DNA of 63,982 bases, the filler included, from an uncultured bacterium (lineage in GTDB: Bacteria; CAZDME01; JAYEMH01), in NCBI GenBank assembly GCA_964506785.1. It is 7 parts of 7 records of this genome, joined end to end, with 100 filler letters (N's around TTAATTAATTAA, not from the genome) between each part and the next. Parts side by side here need not be neighbours in the genome. Positions count along the whole stretch, not along the records: positions 49,599 to 58,424 come from CAZDME010000054.1; 6 more parts are not named here. One strand, given 5' to 3'. The translations under genes were made by a program, and so were the position numbers. A model generated the notes under the pieces. It was not told the origin of the DNA and searched no databases. It saw only the letters and a list, made by a program, of their open reading frames with translations. Below are positions 50,528-58,524 of this stretch, one piece after another (within the stretch, counting starts at the first letter, position 1; each line of letters begins with the position of its first letter).

Positions 50528-52387
50528 TTATTTTCCCCGATGGCGGCCGGCTAAAAGAACGAGGTCGCGTAACTCTTCAATATTTTTTGCCCGCAGCCAG
50601 TTCTTGTCAAAATCTACATTCTGGGTGATTTGGGCAATGGCGGAAAGGGCCCGCAGGTGGAAATTCCTTTCATCAGGAGAGCCGGCTAATATGAAGGCGG
50701 CATAAACCGGCGGCATTTTGTCGGTAAAATTAATGCCGGCTTCGCATCTGGCAACAACCAATTCGAATTTATGTTCCCCCTCAATGGTTATATGTGGAAT
50801 AGCCAGGCCCGGCCGGACCTCGGTGGTTGACTCTTTCTCACGGCTGAGAAAGGAATTAAGGAGTTTTCCCTTATCAATATTTAATCGGTTAGCGATTTTT
50901 TCAGCTGCCAGGCGAAAAAATTCTCTGGCGCTAATTTGTTGGGTAAAATCAATTATTTCGCATTTTTTTACTAACTTATCAAATCTATCCTCGATTATTT
51001 CATCCCTCTCTTTTAAAATCCCCCTCAATTCAGCGGCTAATGAATCACCGGCTATCTCTTTGGCAGTGACCCGCTCGACAATATGTATCAAGGCAGATTT
51101 GCGTATATTTTTCTCATGAACATAAATTTTATACCATAAAATACTCAATAGGATAAATATGCCTGTTGAGAGCATTGCCACCCGCCCCATCTGGTAAAGA
51201 AAGAAAATGTAAGCGATAATTCCGGCTATCGGTAGCCAGGGATATAAGGGTGAGCGGAAAGAAGGTTTATAATTCAGAATTTTTGACTCACGCATGATAA
51301 TACAGGCTAAAATTACGAATATAAACAAAATAATTTTCATTGTCGAAGCCACTTTGACAAGATTCTCCAAGTTGAGGAAGAGAATGACAGAAAGCATAAA
51401 AACCCCGGTAAATATGATCGAGAAATGCGGGGTGTTAAAGCGTTTATTTATCCGGGCAAAAAACCCCGGCAGGAGCTGGTCGCGGCTCATCGCCAGGGGG
51501 AAACGTGAGGCAGAAAGTATTCCGGCATTAGCCGTGGAGACAAAAGCAAAGATACCGGCTAAGGCCATAATGATACTGCCAATCGGGCCAAATATTTTTG
51601 CTCCGCCTATTGATATCGGAGTGAGAGAATGAGCAAGTTCCTCGTTATTCAGTAGGCCTACGGTGGTGAAAACAGTTAAGGCATAAAGGATGAGTACGAC
51701 AGAAAAGGCTAAAATCATCCCGTAAGGAATATTCTTTCCCGGATTTTTGACCTCTTCGCCGACACTGGCTACTTTGGTCAGTCCGCCGAATGAGATGAAG
51801 ACCATACCGACGGCGGCAAAAAGAGCCCGTTTATCTAACGGCATAAAGGGGGTGTAGTTATAGACATTAAGTGACATTGTTCCCCGAAGAACATAAAGAG
51901 ATAATAAAGTGATAAGGGTAATGACTAGAAAATTTTGAGTCCTGCTGGTGACTTTTACACTTAGTAAATTAAGCATGGTAAAGAATAGGCAAAAGCCGAC
52001 GGCAATGAGTTTAATCTGCCATTCGGTAATAGCCGGATTAATCAAGGTGGCTAAGGCACCGATGCCAATTAAGGCAAAGGCACTTTTAAAACTGAGTTCA
52101 AGCCAACTCACCAGGCCGCCTATGGTGCCGGCAGCCGAACCCATGCTTCGTTCGATAAAAAAATAACTGCCGCCGGCTTTGGGCATAGCCGTGGCTAGCT
52201 CTGCTTTGGCAAACATGGCCGGCACGGCTAATATACCGGCGAGAATATAGACTAAAATCATCGCCGGGCCTACCTTAGCATAAATTAATCCAGGAAGAAT
52301 AAATAAGCCGGAGCTAATCATTGCTCCGGCAGCGATACAAAACACACCAAGGCCGCTTAATTGGCGGACTAACTTTTTATCAGGCAT
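50528..52387 (-). CDS. APC-family amino acid permease fused to a PTS EIIA (Fru/Ntr-type) domain
   Basis: GAMISSGLF, ELATAMPKAGG, EEVKNP, multiple TMs; C-terminal RE..STT....AIPH, HLRALSAIA. Confidence 0.85.
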   Translation of the reverse strand: MPDKKLVRQLSGLGVFCIAAGAMISSGLFILPGLIYAKVGPAMILVYILAGILAVPAMFAKAELATAMPKAGGSYFFIERSMGSAAGTIGGLVSWLELSFKSAFALIGIGALATLINPAITEWQIKLIAVGFCLFFTMLNLLSVKVTSRTQNFLVITLITLLSLYVLRGTMSLNVYNYTPFMPLDKRALFAAVGMVFISFGGLTKVASVGEEVKNPGKNIPYGMILAFSVVLILYALTVFTTVGLLNNEELAHSLTPISIGGAKIFGPIGSIIMALAGIFAFVSTANAGILSASRFPLAMSRDQLLPGFFARINKRFNTPHFSIIFTGVFMLSVILFLNLENLVKVASTMKIILFIFVILACIIMRESKILNYKPSFRSPLYPWLPIAGIIAYIFFLYQMGRVAMLSTGIFILLSILWYKIYVHEKNIRKSALIHIVERVTAKEIAGDSLAAELRGILKERDEIIEDRFDKLVKKCEIIDFTQQISAREFFRLAAEKIANRLNIDKGKLLNSFLSREKESTTEVRPGLAIPHITIEGEHKFELVVARCEAGINFTDKMPPVYAAFILAGSPDERNFHLRALSAIAQITQNVDFDKNWLRAKNIEELRDLVLLAGRHRGK

Positions 52388-52565
52388 AATCCTATATTAA
52401 ATGACCAAAGGGAAAAAATCAAGCTTTTATAATTTTTTTGCTGTTGGGAGAACGAAGAGACGAAGGTTTTTTCTTCTTGAAACAATGAGTTGTTTTAGGT
52501 AAAATTACAAAATACAGTTTAACTCAGGGTAAAAGGTTTTTCTTTCAATTTAAGGGGTGAGGGTT

Positions 52566-52967
52566 ATGGAAGAGAAAAAGCCGGTAGACAGAAGAAAGTA
52601 TGTAAGATTGAGTCTAGAGGCTAAGGTTCACTGTCATCTCCAAGTCCAAAGAAAAGAGAGGGGCGCCTCTAAAAAGTTTTCCGGGATAAGTAAAAATATC
52701 AGTGTCGAAGGCATTTGTTTTACCTCTGAGAAGAAGATAAAGGCTAATAGTAAACTCGTTTTAGAGATATGGCTTCCTTTTGAATCAAATCCTTTGCATT
52801 TAGAAGGCGAAGTAAAATGGTCTCATCTTTCTCGGCCGGAAGAAAATAAGGGGATGTTCGACACCGGGGTGAAATTGTTTACTATTGATAAAAGTGATGA
52901 AGATAGATTTATCGAATATGTCTGTGATAAGATGACCGAGCGTTTAAGCCGGTATCTTCATCTTTGA
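52566..52967 (+). CDS. PilZ domain c-di-GMP receptor
   Basis: RRKYVR and NISVEG motifs, GEVKW, GVKL. Confidence 0.85.
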   Translation: MEEKKPVDRRKYVRLSLEAKVHCHLQVQRKERGASKKFSGISKNISVEGICFTSEKKIKANSKLVLEIWLPFESNPLHLEGEVKWSHLSRPEENKGMFDTGVKLFTIDKSDEDRFIEYVCDKMTERLSRYLHL

Positions 52968-53180
52968 TAACCAGGTATTTCTGTTGTGAGGTGCCGGTAT
53001 TCTGTTTCTACTGAAAATATAGGTTTGATAGAACCCCAGGATAGCTGGGTTTTTTCATTAAATGGCGTAATTTTCTTGTAATTTATAGAATGTATAGTAT
53101 GATATAGTGGTGTATAAACGGCTGGAGATTTCATTCATTCGTAATATCGATAAAAAAACGAAGCGAGCGGAGGTTTAGTT

Positions 53181-54275
53181 ATGAAAAAAGGCAAATCAAA
53201 GGTTTTGGTTAAGTTAAAACACCCGCAGGATGAACTAAAAAGGTGCCAGAAAAGGTTTAGCGATATTGCCGAAAATGTCTTGGTCTGGATTTGGGAGGTT
53301 GACGCCAATGGCAAATATACCTACTCCAGCCCGGTGGTTGAACAAATTTTAGGGTATAAGCCTCAGGAAGTGCTCAAAATGCATTTTTATGACCTCTTTC
53401 ATCCTGAGGATCGGGAAAAACTGAAAAAGATGGCTTTTAAGGTTTTTGCCCAGAGGAAAAGTTTTCGCGAATTCATAAACCGTAATTTAAAAAAGAATGG
53501 CAAAACCATTTGGCTTTCAACCAGCGCTGTGCCTATTATGGATAAAAAAGGGAATTTTTTCGGATATAGAGGAGCGGATGCGGATGTTACCGGAATGAAG
53601 CAAGCCGAGGGAAACATTCAAGCAAGTTTTGATAAATTACACCGGGTTTTTGACGAGATGGTGCAGGCTATGTCCGGGATGATTGAAAGCAGAGACCCTT
53701 ATACGGCCGGGCACCAAAGGCGGGGGGCTGATCTGGCCTCGGCTATCGCTAAGGAAATGCATCTCTCAGAACATCAAATTGGCGGGATACGCCTGGCCGG
53801 TATTGTTCATGATATCGGTAAAATATATGTTCCTCTGGAAATTCTTAATAAACCCGGGAGGTTAACTACCGATGAATTCGAAATAATTAAAACCCATCCC
53901 CAGCGAGGGTATGATATATTGAAAACAATAGAATTTCCCTGGCCGGTGGCGATAATGGTCTTGCAGCATCACGAAAGATTGAACGGTTCCGGATATCCTT
54001 TGGGTCTTTCTGGTGAAGATATTCTTCTGGAATCAAAAGTCTTAGGAGTGGCCGATGTGGTTGAGGCGATGCTTTCCCAGCGGCCTTACCGAGCCGCCCT
54101 CTCGCTAGATGAGGTTTTAGCGGAAATCTCTAAGAATAAGGAAGTGCTATACGATTCCCGAGCGGTAGAGGCCTGCCTGAAGCTTTTTACCAGGAAAGGC
54201 TTTAAGATAAACGGCGGAGAGAGACTAAAAGGGAAAAAACAGAGAGGGAAATCGCAGGAAATCTTGATAAATTAG
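53181..54275 (+). CDS. PAS + HD-GYP c-di-GMP phosphodiesterase
   Basis: PAS (WEVD..G.YTY.SP, HPED); RDPYTAGH, HDIGK, HHERLNGSGYP, ADVVEAM. Confidence 0.92.
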   Translation: MKKGKSKVLVKLKHPQDELKRCQKRFSDIAENVLVWIWEVDANGKYTYSSPVVEQILGYKPQEVLKMHFYDLFHPEDREKLKKMAFKVFAQRKSFREFINRNLKKNGKTIWLSTSAVPIMDKKGNFFGYRGADADVTGMKQAEGNIQASFDKLHRVFDEMVQAMSGMIESRDPYTAGHQRRGADLASAIAKEMHLSEHQIGGIRLAGIVHDIGKIYVPLEILNKPGRLTTDEFEIIKTHPQRGYDILKTIEFPWPVAIMVLQHHERLNGSGYPLGLSGEDILLESKVLGVADVVEAMLSQRPYRAALSLDEVLAEISKNKEVLYDSRAVEACLKLFTRKGFKINGGERLKGKKQRGKSQEILIN

Positions 54276-54288
54276 CTATGGAGTAAAT

Positions 54289-54546
54289 ATGGCTTCAGCC
54301 GATAGTTCTTTAATGGGGAGTAGTCTTATTCCGGTAAAAGTTATCCCCCGGGCAAAGGGAAATAAGGTAAAAAAAGAAGACGCGGGGTTTAAAGTTTATC
54401 TCACCGCCCCGCCGATTGATGGGAAGGCAAATAAACTGCTTATCAAGCTTTTGGCCGATTATTTTAGCTGTAAGAAACAGCAGATTAAAATTTTAAAAGG
54501 AAGACGCTCGAAAAATAAGCTTATTCAATTGACCAAGGCCGTTTGA
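54289..54546 (+). CDS. DUF167/YggU family protein
   Basis: VKVIPRA, APPIDGKAN, G..SKNK. Confidence 0.85.
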   Translation: MASADSSLMGSSLIPVKVIPRAKGNKVKKEDAGFKVYLTAPPIDGKANKLLIKLLADYFSCKKQQIKILKGRRSKNKLIQLTKAV

Positions 54547-54588
54547 TTATCTTAGTTGGGATTTTTTTGATTAACTGCGGCGGATAAA

Positions 54589-55908
54589 GTGGCGATGAGA
54601 AAGAATCTGGTGGTTGGAATTTTAAAAGAGAGGGGATTTAAAGGGGAACAGCGGGCGCCGCTTACCCCTTCGGATGTAAGCTGGCTGATAAAAAAGGGGG
54701 TGAGGGTAGAAGTCGAGTCAAGTAAAGATAGAATATTTAAAGACGCCCAGTATAAAAAAGCCGGGGCCAGGCTGGTTAATAAATTTAAAGAGGCCTCACT
54801 TTTATTAGGCATTAAACCGCCAGTATTGAAGGGCATTTATAAAAACAAAATCTATATGGTTTTTTCTCATACCATTAAGGGGCAGCCAGAGAATAGGCCC
54901 CTGCTTAAGGAATTTATCCGTAAGGGAGTGACCTTGATTGATTATGAAAAAATCGTCAATTTCGAGAGCGAGCGTTTGGTTTATTTCGGCCGGGTCGCCG
55001 GGATCTGCGGAGTGATAGATAGTTTGCATTATTTAGGGAAAAAATTAGCCTGGCAGGGGATGAAAAATCCGTTTCTGGATGTCAAGCCGGCCTATGGATA
55101 TAATTCATTAAAGGAGATTGTTGAAGGGATGTCTCGGTTAGGCTATAGGATTAAAGGTCAAGGATTTGATGATAAGCTTTCCCCCTTTATTATCGGCCTG
55201 GTCGGCCACGGCCATGTCAGCCAGGGGGTAGAAGAAATCCTTGGATATCTTAAGGCGGTTGAGGTTCATCCCAAAGACATACAAAAAATTATTCGCCAGC
55301 CGAGAAAGCAGACCAAGAGAAAGATTTATAAAATTATTTTTCTCCGTGAGGAAAGAATTCGTTCGAAAGACGGCCACAGATTTTATTTTGAAGAATATCT
55401 CCAGTACCCCGAGAGATTTGAATCTAACCTGGGGGTTTACCTTTCTTATCTTAATTTGCTCATCAATGCCAGCTATTGGGACAGCCGTTATCCCCGGATG
55501 GTAACTAAAAAGATGGTCAGGAGATTGGAAGCCCAAAAAAAATTCCGGTTGGCCTTCATTGGCGATATCTCCTGTGATATTAATGGGAGTATAGAACTAA
55601 CCTATAAAGCGACCAGACAGGAAGAGCCTGTTTTTACCTATAATCCCGGGAGAGGACAATTTGTTGATGGATATAAAGAAGATGGCATTTCTATCCTGGC
55701 CGTAGATAATCTACCGACGGAATTACCCGGGGATGCCTCGCGAGAGTTTAGCGGTTTGATAAGGGATTATGTCTATCAAATTGCTGCTCACGGGATAAAG
55801 GATATTACCGAACACGCGGCCATATCCAGAGAAATCCGCCGGGCGGTTATTACCCAGAATAAAAAGTTTACTAAACCTTTCGCTTATCTCAAAAAATATT
55901 TAGGCTAA
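54589..55908 (+). CDS. Lysine-ketoglutarate reductase/saccharopine dehydrogenase-like (AlaDh/PNT fold) oxidoreductase
   Basis: EQRAPLTP, FSHTIKGQ, LIDYEK, FGRVAG, DISCDINGSIE, AVDNLPTELP..AS..F. Confidence 0.82.
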   Translation: MAMRKNLVVGILKERGFKGEQRAPLTPSDVSWLIKKGVRVEVESSKDRIFKDAQYKKAGARLVNKFKEASLLLGIKPPVLKGIYKNKIYMVFSHTIKGQPENRPLLKEFIRKGVTLIDYEKIVNFESERLVYFGRVAGICGVIDSLHYLGKKLAWQGMKNPFLDVKPAYGYNSLKEIVEGMSRLGYRIKGQGFDDKLSPFIIGLVGHGHVSQGVEEILGYLKAVEVHPKDIQKIIRQPRKQTKRKIYKIIFLREERIRSKDGHRFYFEEYLQYPERFESNLGVYLSYLNLLINASYWDSRYPRMVTKKMVRRLEAQKKFRLAFIGDISCDINGSIELTYKATRQEEPVFTYNPGRGQFVDGYKEDGISILAVDNLPTELPGDASREFSGLIRDYVYQIAAHGIKDITEHAAISREIRRAVITQNKKFTKPFAYLKKYLG

Positions 55909-55914
55909 ATCGGG

Positions 55915-56991
55915 ATGGGAAAGATTAAAAGAAATATTACTATTTTAACGGTTGGAGACAAGCTTGATTTTGATGAATATAAAAAGATAAATAAAGAAAA
56001 ATCTCTATTTATTAAAAAAGGTTTTAATTACAATACTCTCAGTTATGCCAGGCTTCTTCAAGGCAGAGTTCCCAGAATAAAGACTAAAAGGCTGGTAATA
56101 TTTTTATTTTTCCCTTTTAATTACTGGAATAAAAAAATCGAGCACAAAACCTATCGGGGTATATATGGAAACCGCACTTTTTATAAAAAATTCTTATATT
56201 TCTGGAGGAAGGTAAATAATCTTGTCAAAAAACAATTTTCTGACAAAGAAATCTTACTGATAAATAGTCCGCTTTTATCCGGCCGGTACAGAGACAAATG
56301 GCTCATTGAATTTAATCTTTCCCGGGCCAAGGTGCCGGTTCCCAGGCGGCATCAGACCGACCATATCAGGGATATTTATAATTTTCTGGCTAAAGGCAGT
56401 TCTCTTTTTTTGAAGGCCAGATACGGCTCGATGGGTAAGGGTATTACCTATCTCAGCTGGTCAAACTGGCAGACAAATTTCCAGATTAAGGATAATCGGA
56501 TTGTCAGCCGCCGCTCAGATTACGGCTGGCACTTCAGGGACATTACCGGCAATAAAACTTTTTTAAGAGAACTTCTTCAAAAAGATATCCTGATTGAGGA
56601 AGCCATCGATTCTCTGATTATAAAAAGGAAAAAGTTTGATTTAAGAATTTATGTGTTTTTTCAAAAGCCTTTATATATCTATCCCAAGACCAATCAGCCG
56701 GAGGAAATTACAACCAATATTTCCCAGGGAGGGAAAGGCGACCCCAGTTTTTTACAATTTATTCCGAAAAAACTGCTTCTTAAAGCAGAAAACGCGGCGA
56801 TTAAAGCTGCCAAAGCCTTAAAATTAGATTTGGTTGGCGTGGATATTGTTCTTGACCGCCATCTCAAAAATGTATATATTGTAGATGTTAATGTTTTCCC
56901 TGGCTTCCCCAAAAGGAGGACATTCAATCTCAGTAGAAGTATCATTAAGGAATTGGTCCGCCTGGATAATAAAGGGAAACTTTTCCGATAG
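55915..56991 (+). CDS. ATP-grasp ligase (RimK/YheCD-like)
   Basis: DKW, K.RYGSMGKGI, FDLRIY, TTNISQGG, GVDI, DVN.FPG. Confidence 0.82.
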   Translation: MGKIKRNITILTVGDKLDFDEYKKINKEKSLFIKKGFNYNTLSYARLLQGRVPRIKTKRLVIFLFFPFNYWNKKIEHKTYRGIYGNRTFYKKFLYFWRKVNNLVKKQFSDKEILLINSPLLSGRYRDKWLIEFNLSRAKVPVPRRHQTDHIRDIYNFLAKGSSLFLKARYGSMGKGITYLSWSNWQTNFQIKDNRIVSRRSDYGWHFRDITGNKTFLRELLQKDILIEEAIDSLIIKRKKFDLRIYVFFQKPLYIYPKTNQPEEITTNISQGGKGDPSFLQFIPKKLLLKAENAAIKAAKALKLDLVGVDIVLDRHLKNVYIVDVNVFPGFPKRRTFNLSRSIIKELVRLDNKGKLFR

Positions 56992-57072
56992 AAGTTAAAA
57001 AGGGGACCGCTGAAAAAACCAATCTGTTTATCTTTTTTCCCTAATTAGCCAAGTTCAATTAATCAAATAGAT

Positions 57073-57471
57073 ATGAAGCAAAGGGTATATTATCACCATA
57101 CAGACTGCGGCGGCGTAGTTTATTATGGCAATTATCTGAAATTTCTGGAGGAGGCACGGACTGAATTTTTAGAAGGGAAGGGTATTTCTATCAAAGAGCT
57201 GGCTGATGAAGGGACTTTATTTGTAGTTGCCCGGCAGGAGATAGAATACAAATCACCGGCTTTTTATGGCGATATTCTGAATATAGATACGCAGCTAACG
57301 GATGTTTCTAAGATTAGAATTATTTTTGAATACGAAATAAAAAATCAAAAAGGCAAGCTGATTTCTTTGGCCAGAACGGTTATGGCTTGCGTCGGCAGCG
57401 GTTTTAAGCCTAAACCTCTTTCGGAAGAGATTAGACAAAGATTGCGCAGCCTTACTAAACTAAAATGTTAA
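57073..57471 (+). CDS. YbgC/FadM-family acyl-CoA thioesterase
   Basis: RVYYHHTDCGGVVYYGNYLKFLEEARTE. Confidence 0.88.
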   Translation: MKQRVYYHHTDCGGVVYYGNYLKFLEEARTEFLEGKGISIKELADEGTLFVVARQEIEYKSPAFYGDILNIDTQLTDVSKIRIIFEYEIKNQKGKLISLARTVMACVGSGFKPKPLSEEIRQRLRSLTKLKC

Positions 57472-58190
57472 AAATCGAAAATTTAACTGTCAGCGTATCC
57501 GGCCGGGAGGTTTTAAGCGAGATAAACCTGGAGATAAAGGAGGGGCAAAGGATGGCCCTTCTTGGCCCCAATGGGTCGGGCAAAACCTCACTCCTTATGG
57601 CCATTATGGGATTTTCTGATTATAAAATTACTCATGGGAATATTATTTTTAGAGGGGAAAATATAAATAGTCTGCCTATTGATGAACGGGCGCGTTTAGG
57701 CCTTGGGGTTATGTTCCAAAGACCGCCGACCATAAGAGGGATTAAGACCAGGCAGATGCTGAATCTAATAAAAAGCGATGGCCGTTTTGATACGGATAAA
57801 GAAGCCGGAGAGCTTAATCTAAAAACGTTCTTAGACAGAGATATAAACTCGGGATTTTCGGGAGGAGAAATAAAGCGTTCCGAGTTGCTGCAGCTTGTGG
57901 CCGGTTCTCCCAAGCTTAGCTTGTTTGATGAACCGGAGTCCGGGGTTGACTTAGAAAATATTATCCTGGTTGGCAAAATTATGAACCGGATACTTGATAA
58001 AGACAAAGATAATGCGGCTTTAATCATTACTCATACGGGTTATATCTTCGACTATGTAAAAGCAAACTCAGGCTGTATTATTGTCGGGGGAAGGCTTCAC
58101 TGCATTGGAGATCCCAAGAGAATCTTAGAAACGGTGAAAAAATATGGGTACGAAGGATGCATAACATGCGAGAGAAAAAGACCAAAATAA
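57465..58190 (+). CDS. sufC: SufC-like Fe-S assembly ATPase with C-terminal CxxC (SmsC type)
   Basis: GPNGSGKT, FQRPP, GFSGGEIKRSE, DEPESGVD, terminal GYEGCITC. Confidence 0.88.
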   Translation: MLKIENLTVSVSGREVLSEINLEIKEGQRMALLGPNGSGKTSLLMAIMGFSDYKITHGNIIFRGENINSLPIDERARLGLGVMFQRPPTIRGIKTRQMLNLIKSDGRFDTDKEAGELNLKTFLDRDINSGFSGGEIKRSELLQLVAGSPKLSLFDEPESGVDLENIILVGKIMNRILDKDKDNAALIITHTGYIFDYVKANSGCIIVGGRLHCIGDPKRILETVKKYGYEGCITCERKRPK

Positions 58191-58424
58191 AAAAACCTGA
58201 ATCTTTAAAGGTTGATATTGATTCCTACCAGCGCCGGGCGAAAGATAAACCTTACCTGGCAAATCTTGAGAAAATTGCTCCCGGACAGAGGGAAGATATG
58301 CTCTCCGTTGGCGTAGATTCCTCCGAAAAGAACCGTTCTGGAACGTACCTTCAGATGGATCACAGCGTTGTCCACGCCAGAAGCCTTATCCCGGGCTTGT
58401 GGTAATGAGTGCTTCCGAAGCCCT
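58166..58424 (+). CDS. SufB/SmsB-like scaffold, N-terminal fragment with an apparent 1-nt frameshift near the contig end
   Basis: GV......RSGTYLQMD motif directly after sufC; after PGL the VMSASEA continuation lies in another frame. Confidence 0.65.
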
Positions 58425-58524
58425 NNNNNNNNNNNNNNNNNNNNNNNNNNNNNNNNNNNNNNNNNNNNTTAATTAATTAANNNNNNNNNNNNNNNNNNNN
58501 NNNNNNNNNNNNNNNNNNNNNNNN
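58425..58524. other. Artificial contig linker
   Basis: N-TTAATTAATTAA-N. Confidence 0.98.

Noticed and set aside
52968-53180. c-di-GMP riboswitch between PilZ and HD-GYP
   Set aside because: No GEMM consensus seen; only a weak terminator-like hairpin near 53032-53056
58395-58424. Programmed frameshift or true pseudogene in the sufB-like gene
   Set aside because: It lies about 20 nt from a contig end with no slippery site; a sequencing error is more likely
10580-58524. Six regularly spaced TTAATTAATTAA motifs
   Set aside because: Each sits in a 100-nt N block and is an artificial six-frame-stop linker. Contigs decrease in length, so cross-linker adjacency has no biological meaning.
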